64,000 nt of DNA from an uncultured Spirochaetota bacterium (GTDB lineage Bacteria; Spirochaetota; Brevinematia; Brevinematales; JAOACQ01), in the NCBI GenBank assembly GCA_963768055.1, contig CAVYGN010000002.1:1664001-1728000 (forward strand), given 5' to 3'. The position numbers were made by a program, and so were the translations under genes. A model generated the notes under the pieces. It was not told where the DNA came from. It did no database searches and worked only from the letters and a program-made list of their open reading frames with translations. Below, one piece after another: positions 52,001 through 59,903 of the stretch (position 1 is its first letter; every line of letters starts with the position of its first letter).

Positions 52001-53814
52001 CCGGCCTCGACTGGAACAATATGACCCTGAACCCCAGCACATGGAATATGAAGGCCGGTTCCACGATCAATATGAACTGGGGAAACATACTTAACAATTC
52101 CCTGGTAGCTGGAGCCTCCGGCTTCGCTTCGGGGCTTGCGGGGTCTTTGCTCGGCGGACAGTACAACGCCGATATGGGAGGAATGGACTATAACGGACTT
52201 ATCGGGGGTGATGCTTACAATAATTTCGCAAATGTAATAGGATCGTTCGCAGGACAGGGCGCAAACTACGAACTGAACGGAAGCTTCAACATAGACCTCG
52301 GCGCGGGTATCGGCACAAGCTATGTTAATGGCAAAGGCTTCGTGCGCAATGACGGGACATCGGGAGTAAGCCTCATAAGCTGCCTGCAGGGATTTTCCGA
52401 CTTATCGAATTCATCGAACCTGCCGGCCTTGCCTGTAAATAACAATCAGGACGCAAGCACGACGCCGGAACTCCCGCAAGCCATATTGCCTAAGGATCCA
52501 TCCGACTATATTCCGGAAAGCGATATCGTCAATCCGAATGTTCCGGACAATTCATATAGCGGAGCGAATAATGCGGCCAATCCAAATCCGAATGCGTTTA
52601 CTCCTGCAACAGTAGCTTATAATGAAATAGGGCAGCAAGTTCCACTTACTGATACACAGAGTCCTGTAGTTCCCCAGACAGTAAACCCTTATGACCATAT
52701 TTCAGACGGGAATAATTCCGGTCCGATTTTACCATATCAGCAAGTAGCAGAGCAGGCGTATCTCAATCAAAGCGATGCGTACAAGACCCAGATTTCAGAC
52801 CTTCAGAATAACCTTGGCATAGTTACGAGTGCCGGTATCATCAATACAAGTTCGGCAGTGAGCGATCTGAAGAGCGATATTCACGTAACAGATAATGCAA
52901 TGCAGCAGAATTATTCGTCATATCTCGGCAATGCCGGGATTGATGTTTCAAGATTCACAAAAGATGCTAATGGAAATATAACGAGCAACATATCTAATAA
53001 TTCCAGTTTTGTCAGCCAGGTATATCAGGACCAGGTGGATCACTATAACCGTGTTATGGATGATGCGAAGGATAATGCGGTAGTGAATGGCATAAATAAC
53101 ACATATAATGCAATGCTTTCGGCAAACAATAACGCGAATATTGTACAGAATGTTGGTTTAGGAAATGCAGGAAATATTACTGATGTTATAAACTATCAAA
53201 ACGATATCAGAAGCAATAATATTTTAAATATGAACGGCAGCAATAATGGAAACATTGTCAGCGACAGCCTGCAAAACAAAGGAAATTATTTTATGGTCGG
53301 AGAACAGGGATTGGGTTTTGGAACGCCTGCAGGCAACTATGGCGATTCTTATAGCGACCGTATCAGTGTTTTCAAAATGGATGACGCCGGTAATATTGAC
53401 TTGAAAGAATTCAACCAGTCCAATCTGGAATCGACAAACGATAAATATGATAGTAAAACCAACACTTATGATCCGACTCAGCAGCAATATTCTGACACTG
53501 CCTCTGGTATATATAATCTTACTACATATCAATGGACGGGGGAAGGACATGATTCCCCAGGAATGCAATTCTGCTTCTTAATAAATGATAAAGGGCCTGT
53601 CTCTACCAGTGATGGAATGAATAACGTTGCCTATCCATGGCAAGGTCCTATTATATATGATTCGAGAGTGCATACAGGTGGAGTTTATTGGAATGGCAGT
53701 GAAGCATGTAGCACAATAAATCCTAACGATTATTATCAGTTGATGAGTATGTTTCAAAATTCAAATGGATCATATCAATATGGAAGTCAAGGCACATATT
53801 ATCTATTAAGATAA
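46027..53814 (+). CDS. Giant exported protein, putative polymorphic toxin (architecture recalls the Leptospira TIGR04388 large proteins)
   Basis: Signal peptide, long helical region with periodic Trp, Gly/Ala-rich hydrophobic segment, linker duplicated in an orphan cassette, C-terminal VH.GG....S..C.TI motif. Confidence 0.7.
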   Translation: MKIKGLLNEKWGILLSLYLAIIFSFIPGILRPQEKFNSFDNKEMQSELIYGDNIKNDADWQNYSKGVEQKLEGDWETSALNELMQQLGLTEHEAMSNSDFITAKTNWEAQASNVIQQMYGSWLAQNKWNYAVNGSAIRQFIVQYVWEDQNDTSNITANILSMQTNVDAEWSNYLICYQAGLSDYLNYLETNTQNISSTAMENYLDAIQATAKAQMAAASDIGSEFIALEEGQYIKYMASFLAYQQFISNNSLITNGLQLSNNMVSYISNAADAASNVNSPLTIAENVIQSMDSNEAEIAGLLAMPTNFTDSPAVGISEWKSMVEQDYTAGISEWDAAIANLSNSMIIWENNAENGYTNGLTEWENSYFMLISAEMDFQSNVTADLTNSEAVWGSNISAQYDSLNLMIGTMTNLTARNIDNFNSYESGLMNVLVNGSYALNELNKSLDWISNTLSVDEISNNYYSNLYASDMAKSNLDESELSSSNTLLSLFNNCQSILEPLMVLTGTNRYFQGGEGGVEAVPAYSASTNIDGYTLTYSGDSYNNSYTVNGNEIYYTANGFSFENSEPVMIIKSYINSIQSDLNSIQNAIQTNKWYYRHYSSEIGSLNNVLGECGTNLGAVIGNAAADLNSELYSGDPGAGVLANALSNTADIYLMNSAEMDYASQQDQVNYLKQNLGIAQAVMDYAVSNSGGGDILSASNTYEAAVSNYDVSTNELEAEQAAADSADVAMTNYMENINAAQTNMIADQSNCGIAQSNYNAFVTIQTNLDYFTSKEYSNLINSNENAQNILSNDSIAYYSCLAYYTGLVKDYYNALEQESFTNSLAMSNYITVREDLGILEWALMPGMLGIDNTSNAYVSVANYINPVSDYSNALQLYDTAENGLARTSNLIIAEETLPANMQSEVNNFIGDYSDYSKLMNFAQSFMNQEQTVYQSLEGAKSTYDRDATNSFGLSADDIASDPVYADVVKKMSAGAYTPADIITMLNNEIGVTGANSDISQDELNITRTTILDDFYKYVNTPEESLYELAFGIRSYDYFTNIAGANLTAFDNLVHTTFLSGRVDNSLLNPGAYVDVQGYIDGLTALLSTPGLDPNMSNVINNLANVLAPEGSYFQLSRGYIPAITNVNITPANTNWPQEAPQPIITPAVTNITISRLGGYYADDTFYNVNTNNGREKISDLFKGFIETNNSVTYSWATVNPNNYFDYNGYYGNWSYYNSVLLGIEKNEETTIVMPLMSTMTNNLAGVMSDWNDYSNKNAGFAQYTVSGMGHFVNSSGGIDVTAGNNGFLKSFKNSLSRVSNFSIAQSWLANTGVFNAEEAYIADNLSLGNAGTNDIGRILEVFENAFKLYINSEQSNIQNDPAFTTNNDMKLFITTMLSGAYSNAVFRASDEAQPSFVDAAENAGSLAPEAFDIAFQQQETLQVDKWAYILTNMQDQANSEAEMWVNIYSAGTEQWNGVINQYTNAMSDWQSSYLQAWNNGNQEWNDQMNGLTGDKAAWMNEAINAVSNGSSDYILDQLMQSIDQRTSQFLSGGLPEDVASAVKNEALDLENELMPKTSEEYLSFFNNAVSQSRETDVKFVLDGIAGYTGNDNETLAQFNNDMTAFKNSQLAIEAIKMRDQFVTTIQQYVDQMNNTLASDDQNERSSEFYPMISAKGWTLDGSDWVKRGVIVHSTMLGGNQLEDFSFADYQSFTNRLNFINYAPSNVISEINGEQTEYNLLLAMEESDIQGDMSNTMDAFDKHIGSSYTYTSKPDIYSDGTYDSQGELYRTSWATTYYGYLQTEGLSESEKPFWDQNLAPGIDISFYSLNEIGLAIALNFIPGMGTVASAAILAGMAMTHDIVDAAAELGTVNQVSNSQLGIDLLKDTISGVTTMATAGIGSAALGVVGSAVLSTGVQDLSGLAEEGLHVNSSGDIDWSMTSSQWGSWGMSSLGDLAGSVAGAGLGSAFGGFAQDATGFMGDDLSSAFGNGIQNFTTSFFTNTFSTLGSNLGAGLDWNNMTLNPSTWNMKAGSTINMNWGNILNNSLVAGASGFASGLAGSLLGGQYNADMGGMDYNGLIGGDAYNNFANVIGSFAGQGANYELNGSFNIDLGAGIGTSYVNGKGFVRNDGTSGVSLISCLQGFSDLSNSSNLPALPVNNNQDASTTPELPQAILPKDPSDYIPESDIVNPNVPDNSYSGANNAANPNPNAFTPATVAYNEIGQQVPLTDTQSPVVPQTVNPYDHISDGNNSGPILPYQQVAEQAYLNQSDAYKTQISDLQNNLGIVTSAGIINTSSAVSDLKSDIHVTDNAMQQNYSSYLGNAGIDVSRFTKDANGNITSNISNNSSFVSQVYQDQVDHYNRVMDDAKDNAVVNGINNTYNAMLSANNNANIVQNVGLGNAGNITDVINYQNDIRSNNILNMNGSNNGNIVSDSLQNKGNYFMVGEQGLGFGTPAGNYGDSYSDRISVFKMDDAGNIDLKEFNQSNLESTNDKYDSKTNTYDPTQQQYSDTASGIYNLTTYQWTGEGHDSPGMQFCFLINDKGPVSTSDGMNNVAYPWQGPIIYDSRVHTGGVYWNGSEACSTINPNDYYQLMSMFQNSNGSYQYGSQGTYYLLR
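52273..52518 (+). repeat. 246-bp homology arm, copy 1
   Basis: 244/246 identical to 55570-55815 by manual alignment. Confidence 0.95.
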
Positions 53815-54896
53815 TGGATTGTAATATGAAAAATATGGTAATTATAATTATTTTCACAATAATAAGTTTTAAACTTTATGCTGCTTCAATAGAAATTGCT
53901 GGAGACGATATTTTTCACCATGATATTTTTACAAAAACTATTATTGATCCTGATAATGGTGATCCCATTGAATATAATATATTTAATTTCTTCGATAATA
54001 ATCAGAAAACTGCAGTAGTTATAAATGCTAAATTTAGGCAAAATGATGATATATTTAAATATCCATTTTTTAGAATAAGCTTAAAAAAACAATATAATAT
54101 TGATAAATTAGTGTTCTATAATGGTTTCCAAATAAATGATGATTTATATAATAAAAATAGCAGGGTAAAAGAGATTCAAATTACATTTTTTCTTGAAAAT
54201 AAAATTTTTGTAAATGAAGGGGAAATTTATAATGATGTAATCATTGATGAAAAAGGGAGAAAGCAAAAAATTGTAATTGAATGGACAAATATTATAACGA
54301 CGAACTGTATTTTGCTTGATACAAAAGGAAAACAAATAATTGAATTTCCTGAAGTTAACGCAAATAATTTAAAAATCGATGTATTAACCTACTATTCAGG
54401 CACTCAGTATGATGATATCTGTATAAGCAAGCTTGAGTTCTGGTACAGGGGCGAGAAGTACCAAGTGACTAATCTTAAGGAAGCAAAGAAAGAATATGTT
54501 AAATTGTATATTGCACATGTTCTTAATTCATTGGAACCGGGTGTATTTTTGCATGATATGGAAGAAAATAATTATAACAGACTTATCAAGATAGCAGGGT
54601 GGAAATATGAACAATCTGAAAGCAGGCAGGTTGGAATATTTTTTGAAAAATCTGGAGAAATAAAAATCCATCGATTTTTGCTATCATCCGTCAAAGATCG
54701 TGATTTATTCCCAACTAAAATCATCGGAAAATGGAAATTCGATAATGAAGGAAGACTATTCATTATGATAGGTAATGGGCAATTTAAATTGTCGCAAGGG
54801 AAAAGTATTTTTACAAGTTCATCTACGGAAAAAGGGCCGTATTTTGTTGGAACTGATCTTGAATTTGAAGGTATTATGGAACCATCGAGACCTTAG
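53814..54896 (+). CDS. Exported partner/putative immunity protein 1 (NADase-type glycan-binding/discoidin-like N-domain)
   Basis: TAATG coupling to the giant gene; signal peptide; YNGFQ....Y.KNSRVK...Y.GTQYDDICISKLEF. Confidence 0.65.
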   Translation: MDCNMKNMVIIIIFTIISFKLYAASIEIAGDDIFHHDIFTKTIIDPDNGDPIEYNIFNFFDNNQKTAVVINAKFRQNDDIFKYPFFRISLKKQYNIDKLVFYNGFQINDDLYNKNSRVKEIQITFFLENKIFVNEGEIYNDVIIDEKGRKQKIVIEWTNIITTNCILLDTKGKQIIEFPEVNANNLKIDVLTYYSGTQYDDICISKLEFWYRGEKYQVTNLKEAKKEYVKLYIAHVLNSLEPGVFLHDMEENNYNRLIKIAGWKYEQSESRQVGIFFEKSGEIKIHRFLLSSVKDRDLFPTKIIGKWKFDNEGRLFIMIGNGQFKLSQGKSIFTSSSTEKGPYFVGTDLEFEGIMEPSRP

Positions 54897-54926
54897 ATAC
54901 ATATAAATCAACAAAGAGGCTAACTA

Positions 54927-55229
54927 ATGGACAACAAAAACAAGCCATCCGGCGTTCCCGTTAAATTCCAGGACACCGCGAATAAAGTAGCATACTCCAA
55001 CTTCGCTCTGATCAACAACTCGTCGGAGGAGTTCCTGCTGGACTTCGGCAATATCACCCCCGGCAAGGAGGGAGTGGAGGTATTCAGCAGGATAGCGCTC
55101 TCCCCCCGCAACGCGAAGCTGTTCCTGAGCGGGCTTATGGAGCGTGTGAAGAAGTTTGAAGAACAGTTTGGCCCGATCAAGCCGCCAGAGGCGGTGGAGG
55201 TAGAGGCGATGAACGGGAGAGATAAGTGA
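54927..55229 (+). CDS. DUF3467-family protein, copy 1
   Basis: YSNFALINNSSEEFLLDFG...SRIALSPRNAK...KFEEQFGPI. Confidence 0.85.
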   Translation: MDNKNKPSGVPVKFQDTANKVAYSNFALINNSSEEFLLDFGNITPGKEGVEVFSRIALSPRNAKLFLSGLMERVKKFEEQFGPIKPPEAVEVEAMNGRDK

Positions 55230-55550
55230 CGATTAACGATTGTCGAATGACGATTGAAACCAGGTAATAGTAAAGATTATGATTATAGAACAAAGGTTAG
55301 CGAACAACCCCCGCCTGCGAGGGAAGCGCCCGGGGGTTGATCCTTGTAAAGCAGGCCGTCCGCGAAAAACGGCGGTAAGCCCTGCCCCTTATCGATATCT
55401 GTTTTTTTATAAAAGAATTCGTTCGCTTAAATTAAAAACCTTAAGGGGCGGGACAGCCGTTTTGAGCGGTTGCAGTTCATGCTTCCCGAGCCCAGCGGGG
55501 GCGGTTTCTTTCGGTTCGCTTTCTTTGCCGGCCAAAGAAAGCGAACAGGG
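55230..55550. repeat. Structured palindromic element, copy 1
   Basis: Highly similar to 59904-60248; nested stem 55308-55501 plus a perfect 14-bp hairpin at 55514-55546. Confidence 0.85.
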
Positions 55551-55569
55551 GGCCAGGCATATCTCCGCC

Positions 55570-57084
55570 CTGAACGGAAGCTTCAACATAGACCTCGGCG
55601 CGGGTATCGGCACAAGCTATGTTAATGGCAAAGGCTTCGTGCGCAATGACGGGACATCGGGAGTAAGCCTCAGAAGCTGCCTGCAGGGATTTTCCGATTT
55701 ATCGAATTCATCGAACCTGCCGGCCTTGCCTGTAAATAACAATCAGGACGCAAGCACGACGCCGGAACTCCCGCAAGCCATATTGCCTAAGGATCCATCC
55801 GACTATATTCCGGAAGACGATGTTGTTAATACGAATCCTTCAAATAATACTTGGGCTGACCCTGGGCTTGCCGCTTCAAACGTAGTGAATAATGTGACCA
55901 ATCCGGCTCCGAATGTATTTAATCCTGCTAATGTGGCTTATAATGAAATAGGACAGCAAGTTCCACTTACTGATATGCAAAATTCTTCGTTATCGCAGAA
56001 AGTAGACCCGAATGATCATATTTCTATTGGCAGTGCCGCTCTTCAGGATTTGCTTTACAAAAATGGGGAATACAGCAATCAGCTCAAAACACTTCAGAAT
56101 GATATGAGTACTGTTCAGGGTGTTGGGTTAAATAATGCTAGTTCTATTGTTGGAGACCTCAAAAATGATTTTAAATCAACAGACAGCTTAATGCAACAGA
56201 ATTATACATCTTATCTGAGTGATAACAATATTAATGTATCAACATTCAAAGTCAATTCAGATGGCAGCGTGTCCAGCAATATATCGAATAATTCTTATGT
56301 CAACAATCAACTTTATCAGGAACAAAAAGATCATTACACTAATATCGCAAACGAAATGAATAATAGTTATCAAACTAATGAAATAAATAACACGATTAAT
56401 ACGCTTCAAAGTGTCGGGTTAAACAACTCGGCGGCACCGAGTATCGATCCGGCGATCTCAGATATGAAGGACCAGATAACTATAATAAATAACAGCTATA
56501 ATAAAAATATTCTTAGTAATGGTCTGAATAATAATAACAGATATGATTTTATAGGGGAAGAAGGACGCGGAAACTATCAGCAAACAGGTCCTGATTATTA
56601 CGGCGACAGAATTACTGTACTTCAGAAAGATGCGAGCGGTAATATCAATTTCGATGAGTTCAACAGATCCAACCTTGAATCGACTAATGATCCCTCATTA
56701 GACAGAAAAGACTATGATCCAGCAAAAGGCGGATTTCAATCAACTGCAGCTGGTATATATTCGCTTACAGCAAGCGGCGATACATCTAATCTTAACTCAC
56801 AAGATATACCATTAATATTTAGCGTAAATGACGGGCAAAACATACCGACAGAGGGAAATCAAAATAACGCATATAACTATAATACGCCTTACATGAACCA
56901 GATTCTTGTTCATGAAGGCGGCGACAACTATAACTGGAGCGCGGGATGCTCTACGATATATATTGATGATTACCCAGCATTAGCGAACTTATTTGGGAAT
57001 TATAATTCGCAGACAAAGAAATTTATACCTTATGCAGGAAGTTATTCGGCAATAGGAAGCGGTACATATTATCTTTACAGGTAA
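55570..57084 (+). CDS. Orphan alternative C-terminal cassette of the giant protein
   Basis: Begins with the 246-bp arm in frame, then diverges while staying homologous (VHEGG...SAGCSTI, GTYYL.R); the ORF part 55279-55569 is read-through of the repeat element. Confidence 0.85.
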   Translation: MNGSFNIDLGAGIGTSYVNGKGFVRNDGTSGVSLRSCLQGFSDLSNSSNLPALPVNNNQDASTTPELPQAILPKDPSDYIPEDDVVNTNPSNNTWADPGLAASNVVNNVTNPAPNVFNPANVAYNEIGQQVPLTDMQNSSLSQKVDPNDHISIGSAALQDLLYKNGEYSNQLKTLQNDMSTVQGVGLNNASSIVGDLKNDFKSTDSLMQQNYTSYLSDNNINVSTFKVNSDGSVSSNISNNSYVNNQLYQEQKDHYTNIANEMNNSYQTNEINNTINTLQSVGLNNSAAPSIDPAISDMKDQITIINNSYNKNILSNGLNNNNRYDFIGEEGRGNYQQTGPDYYGDRITVLQKDASGNINFDEFNRSNLESTNDPSLDRKDYDPAKGGFQSTAAGIYSLTASGDTSNLNSQDIPLIFSVNDGQNIPTEGNQNNAYNYNTPYMNQILVHEGGDNYNWSAGCSTIYIDDYPALANLFGNYNSQTKKFIPYAGSYSAIGSGTYYLYR

Positions 57085-57093
57085 AAGAAGGTT

Positions 57094-58053
57094 ATGAAAG
57101 TTAAAATTATGATAATTCTCAGTCTACTAATAATCTATTCATGTATAAATGCATCAAAAATTGAATTAGATGGAATAGAGAGGGGGAAACTTGGACTTAT
57201 TTATACAATATTTGGTGAAGATAATAGCCCCCTAAAATATAATGAATTTAATTTATTGGATAAGAATTTGAAAACAGCTTCTGCTATCAGCAAAAGTAAT
57301 TGTTCACCTGAAGATTCAATACCATGGTTCAATATATTTTTTAAAAAAGAATTCCCTGTTGATAAAATTGTAATCTATAATGGATTTCAATTGAATATGA
57401 CAGTTTATCAATTAAATGACAGACCCAATGAAGTAAAAATCGATTCACAAAATGAGAGTGATGATTCCACAAATTATTCATTTGTTACAAACATTCAACT
57501 ATTAGATATTACTAATAGTCAGGAACTTTTATTAAATAAAGAAATTAGAATAAAAAATTTTGGTATAGGTGTCCTTTCCACCTATCCAGGTACAAAGTAC
57601 GACGACATCTGTTTAAGCAAGCTTGAATTCTGGTACAAGGGCGAGAAGTATAATGTTGCAAATCTTGAAGAAGCCAAGAAAGAATATATTAAGACATACA
57701 TCCAGAGATGCCTTCATTGGATATTATCATATTATTATATAAACTCTATCAATCCTGAAGGGATGGATAAATTAGATAAACTTGCGGGAATAAAGAAAAC
57801 GGTAGAATTAGGATATGACACATGTATAAATTTTGAAAAGAGCGGAGATATCAAAGTGATACCGGCACTGGAAGATAATAAGGTAAGGGTACATGTCGGC
57901 AGCTGGAAATTCGACGATGAAGGAAGGCTATGGATTAAATTAGACAATGGCGACTGGAAGGTATCAAAAAGTTCCGAATCGAATGTTAATTTTGGCAAAA
58001 GACATTTTATCGGGACCGATCTCGATTGTGTTATTGCAGGTTGGGGTGGGTGA
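57094..58053 (+). CDS. Exported partner/putative immunity protein 2
   Basis: Paralog of 53814..54896 (YNGFQ, YDDICLSKLEFWYKGEKY, WKFDDEGRL, GTDL). Confidence 0.65.
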   Translation: MKVKIMIILSLLIIYSCINASKIELDGIERGKLGLIYTIFGEDNSPLKYNEFNLLDKNLKTASAISKSNCSPEDSIPWFNIFFKKEFPVDKIVIYNGFQLNMTVYQLNDRPNEVKIDSQNESDDSTNYSFVTNIQLLDITNSQELLLNKEIRIKNFGIGVLSTYPGTKYDDICLSKLEFWYKGEKYNVANLEEAKKEYIKTYIQRCLHWILSYYYINSINPEGMDKLDKLAGIKKTVELGYDTCINFEKSGDIKVIPALEDNKVRVHVGSWKFDDEGRLWIKLDNGDWKVSKSSESNVNFGKRHFIGTDLDCVIAGWGG

Positions 58054-58115
58054 TATTGATGATATTTAGAAAATTACTTTTATTAAAAAATAATAATCGA
58101 GCAAGAGGCTAACTA

Positions 58116-58478
58116 ATGGACAACAAAAACAACACCAAACCATCGGGCGTTCCTGTCAAATTCCAGGACACCGCCAATAAAGTAGCATACTCCAACTTTG
58201 CGCTGATCAACAATTCGTCCGAAGAGTTCCTGCTGGACTTCGGAACGATCACGCCCGGAAGGGAAGGGGTTGAGGTGTTTGGCAGGATAGCGCTTTCTCC
58301 CCGCAACGCGAAGCTGTTCCTCCAGGGTCTGGCTGAAAGAGTAAAAAAGTTTGAAGAACAATATGGCCCGATCAAGCCGCCGGAGGCGGTGGAGGTGCTT
58401 GTCCTGAATTCCCGCCAGAATTCAGGGCTTGCGCCTGTGGTGGAGGCGATTAACAAGGGAGAGCATCATCTAAAATAA
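58116..58478 (+). CDS. DUF3467-family protein, copy 2 (15-aa in-frame insertion)
   Basis: Near-identical to copy 1, with the same upstream AAGAGGCTAACTA. Confidence 0.85.
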   Translation: MDNKNNTKPSGVPVKFQDTANKVAYSNFALINNSSEEFLLDFGTITPGREGVEVFGRIALSPRNAKLFLQGLAERVKKFEEQYGPIKPPEAVEVLVLNSRQNSGLAPVVEAINKGEHHLK

Positions 58479-58523
58479 ATTTAAAATAAGTCCAAAGAAA
58501 ATATAATTTATGGAGGTTTTTGC

Positions 58524-59543
58524 ATGAAAATAAGATTAACCAATCTATTGCTTGCTTTAATATTGTTCGGTGGAGCTATTTTAACAGTTTTATCTGTTTT
58601 ATCCGGAGCAGTTTTAACTGGTTGTTCGCTTTTCAATTCATCAAGTTCTTCATCTGCGACATCGACTGCCTCATCGTCTGGTCCTACTGTATATACTGCC
58701 GGGCAGGACAGTAGCGGTAACGCATGTTACTGGACAGGAACTACCGAAACACAGTTTACATCTTCTGGAAACGGAGCAAAAGCTTACTCTATCTTTGTAT
58801 ATAATGGAACTGTATATACTGCCGGGCAGGACGGCAGTGGTTACGCATGCTGTTGGGTAGGGTTTACCGAAACACAGTTGACATTTGCTGGACATGGAGC
58901 AATTATACACTCTATCTTTGTATATAATGGGAATGTTTATGCTGCCGGGCAGGACAGTTCCGGTCATGCCTGTTACTGGGGGCCAGGATGGTCACAGAAT
59001 ACTCTCAATTCAGGCAGCAGTGTTGCCGATGCAATTTTTGTTTCTGATGGAACAGTATATACCGCCGGATTTGTTACCGGTGCTAATGTTTGCTACTGGA
59101 CGGGAACTTCCGAAACACCTTTAACAGCCGGTAGCGGTGCTGCTACGTCGATCTTTGTTTATAATGGAACAATTTATACTTCAGGTAATGATATTAGCCT
59201 AAATGAGTGCTATTGGACAGGAACAACAGAAACCCCTTTGCCCGGTGGAAGCTATAGTGGCGGGAGTTATTATCCATGGGCAGGGGCGATCTTTGTATAT
59301 AATGGAATTGTTTATATTGCTGGGCGGGACAGCAGCAGGAACGCTTGTTACTGGACAGGAACTTCAGAAACACAGTTGACAACGGCTGGCGGCAGCGCTT
59401 TTGCAGACTCAATCTATGTATACAATGGAACTGTATATACTGCCGGGCAGGACAGCAGTGGTAACGAATGTTACTGGACAGGAACTAATGAGACTAAGCT
59501 ATTAAGCGGAGCATCTGTAAATTCAATCTTTGTAGTACCCTAA
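58524..59543 (+). CDS. Beta-propeller-like repeat lipoprotein
   Basis: LTGC lipobox, poly-Ser linker, seven repeats of SIFVYNGTVYTAGQDSSGNACYWTGT.ET.L. Confidence 0.8.
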   Translation: MKIRLTNLLLALILFGGAILTVLSVLSGAVLTGCSLFNSSSSSSATSTASSSGPTVYTAGQDSSGNACYWTGTTETQFTSSGNGAKAYSIFVYNGTVYTAGQDGSGYACCWVGFTETQLTFAGHGAIIHSIFVYNGNVYAAGQDSSGHACYWGPGWSQNTLNSGSSVADAIFVSDGTVYTAGFVTGANVCYWTGTSETPLTAGSGAATSIFVYNGTIYTSGNDISLNECYWTGTTETPLPGGSYSGGSYYPWAGAIFVYNGIVYIAGRDSSRNACYWTGTSETQLTTAGGSAFADSIYVYNGTVYTAGQDSSGNECYWTGTNETKLLSGASVNSIFVVP

Positions 59544-59792
59544 ATATCTATAAATAATTACATAGTCAATTTTAATACGCTATTTTATCTGGGAAATATG
59601 GGATAAGAGCCTTTTTTAATATCTACGCAACTGAGGAATTCGGTATCTAAAACTATTACGCGAGGAATTTTTCAATGAAAAAGGGGGGGGCAATCATGGC
59701 ATTTTTAGAATACAAAGGTAAGATGATTAATCTTGATGATGACTAAGAAAGTGGTGATGCGGAACGGGCCTGTCCCTGATGTCGGCTCAGGG

Positions 59793-59903
59793 ATGAGGAA
59801 GTATGAGGAGCAATTTGCCCCGATCAAGCCGTCCGAGGCGCTTGTCCCTGAGCATACTGCTCAGGGGGTGGAAGTTGAGGCGATAAACGGGAGAGATAAG
59901 TGA
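59793..59903 (+). pseudogene. DUF3467 3' remnant, copy 3
   Basis: MRKYEEQFAPIKPSEA[LVPEHTAQG]VEVEAINGRDK* matches the C-terminus of copy 1. Confidence 0.8.

Noticed and set aside
46212..52166. Many short minus-strand ORFs inside the giant gene and other long genes
   Set aside because: Antisense shadow ORFs with no motifs or RBS.
33889..53814. Classical T1SS/RTX, CDI, Rhs or intein-containing toxin
   Set aside because: No ABC transporter, GGxGxD repeats, TpsB, YD repeats or recognisable HINT motifs; the giant protein has an N-terminal signal peptide.
52273..55815. Diversity-generating retroelement TR/VR pair
   Set aside because: Only two mismatches (T/G and C/T), not adenine-specific; no reverse transcriptase in the window.
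58680..59520. CRISPR-like DNA repeats
   Set aside because: These are in-frame coding repeats of a propeller lipoprotein; no unique spacers or cas genes.
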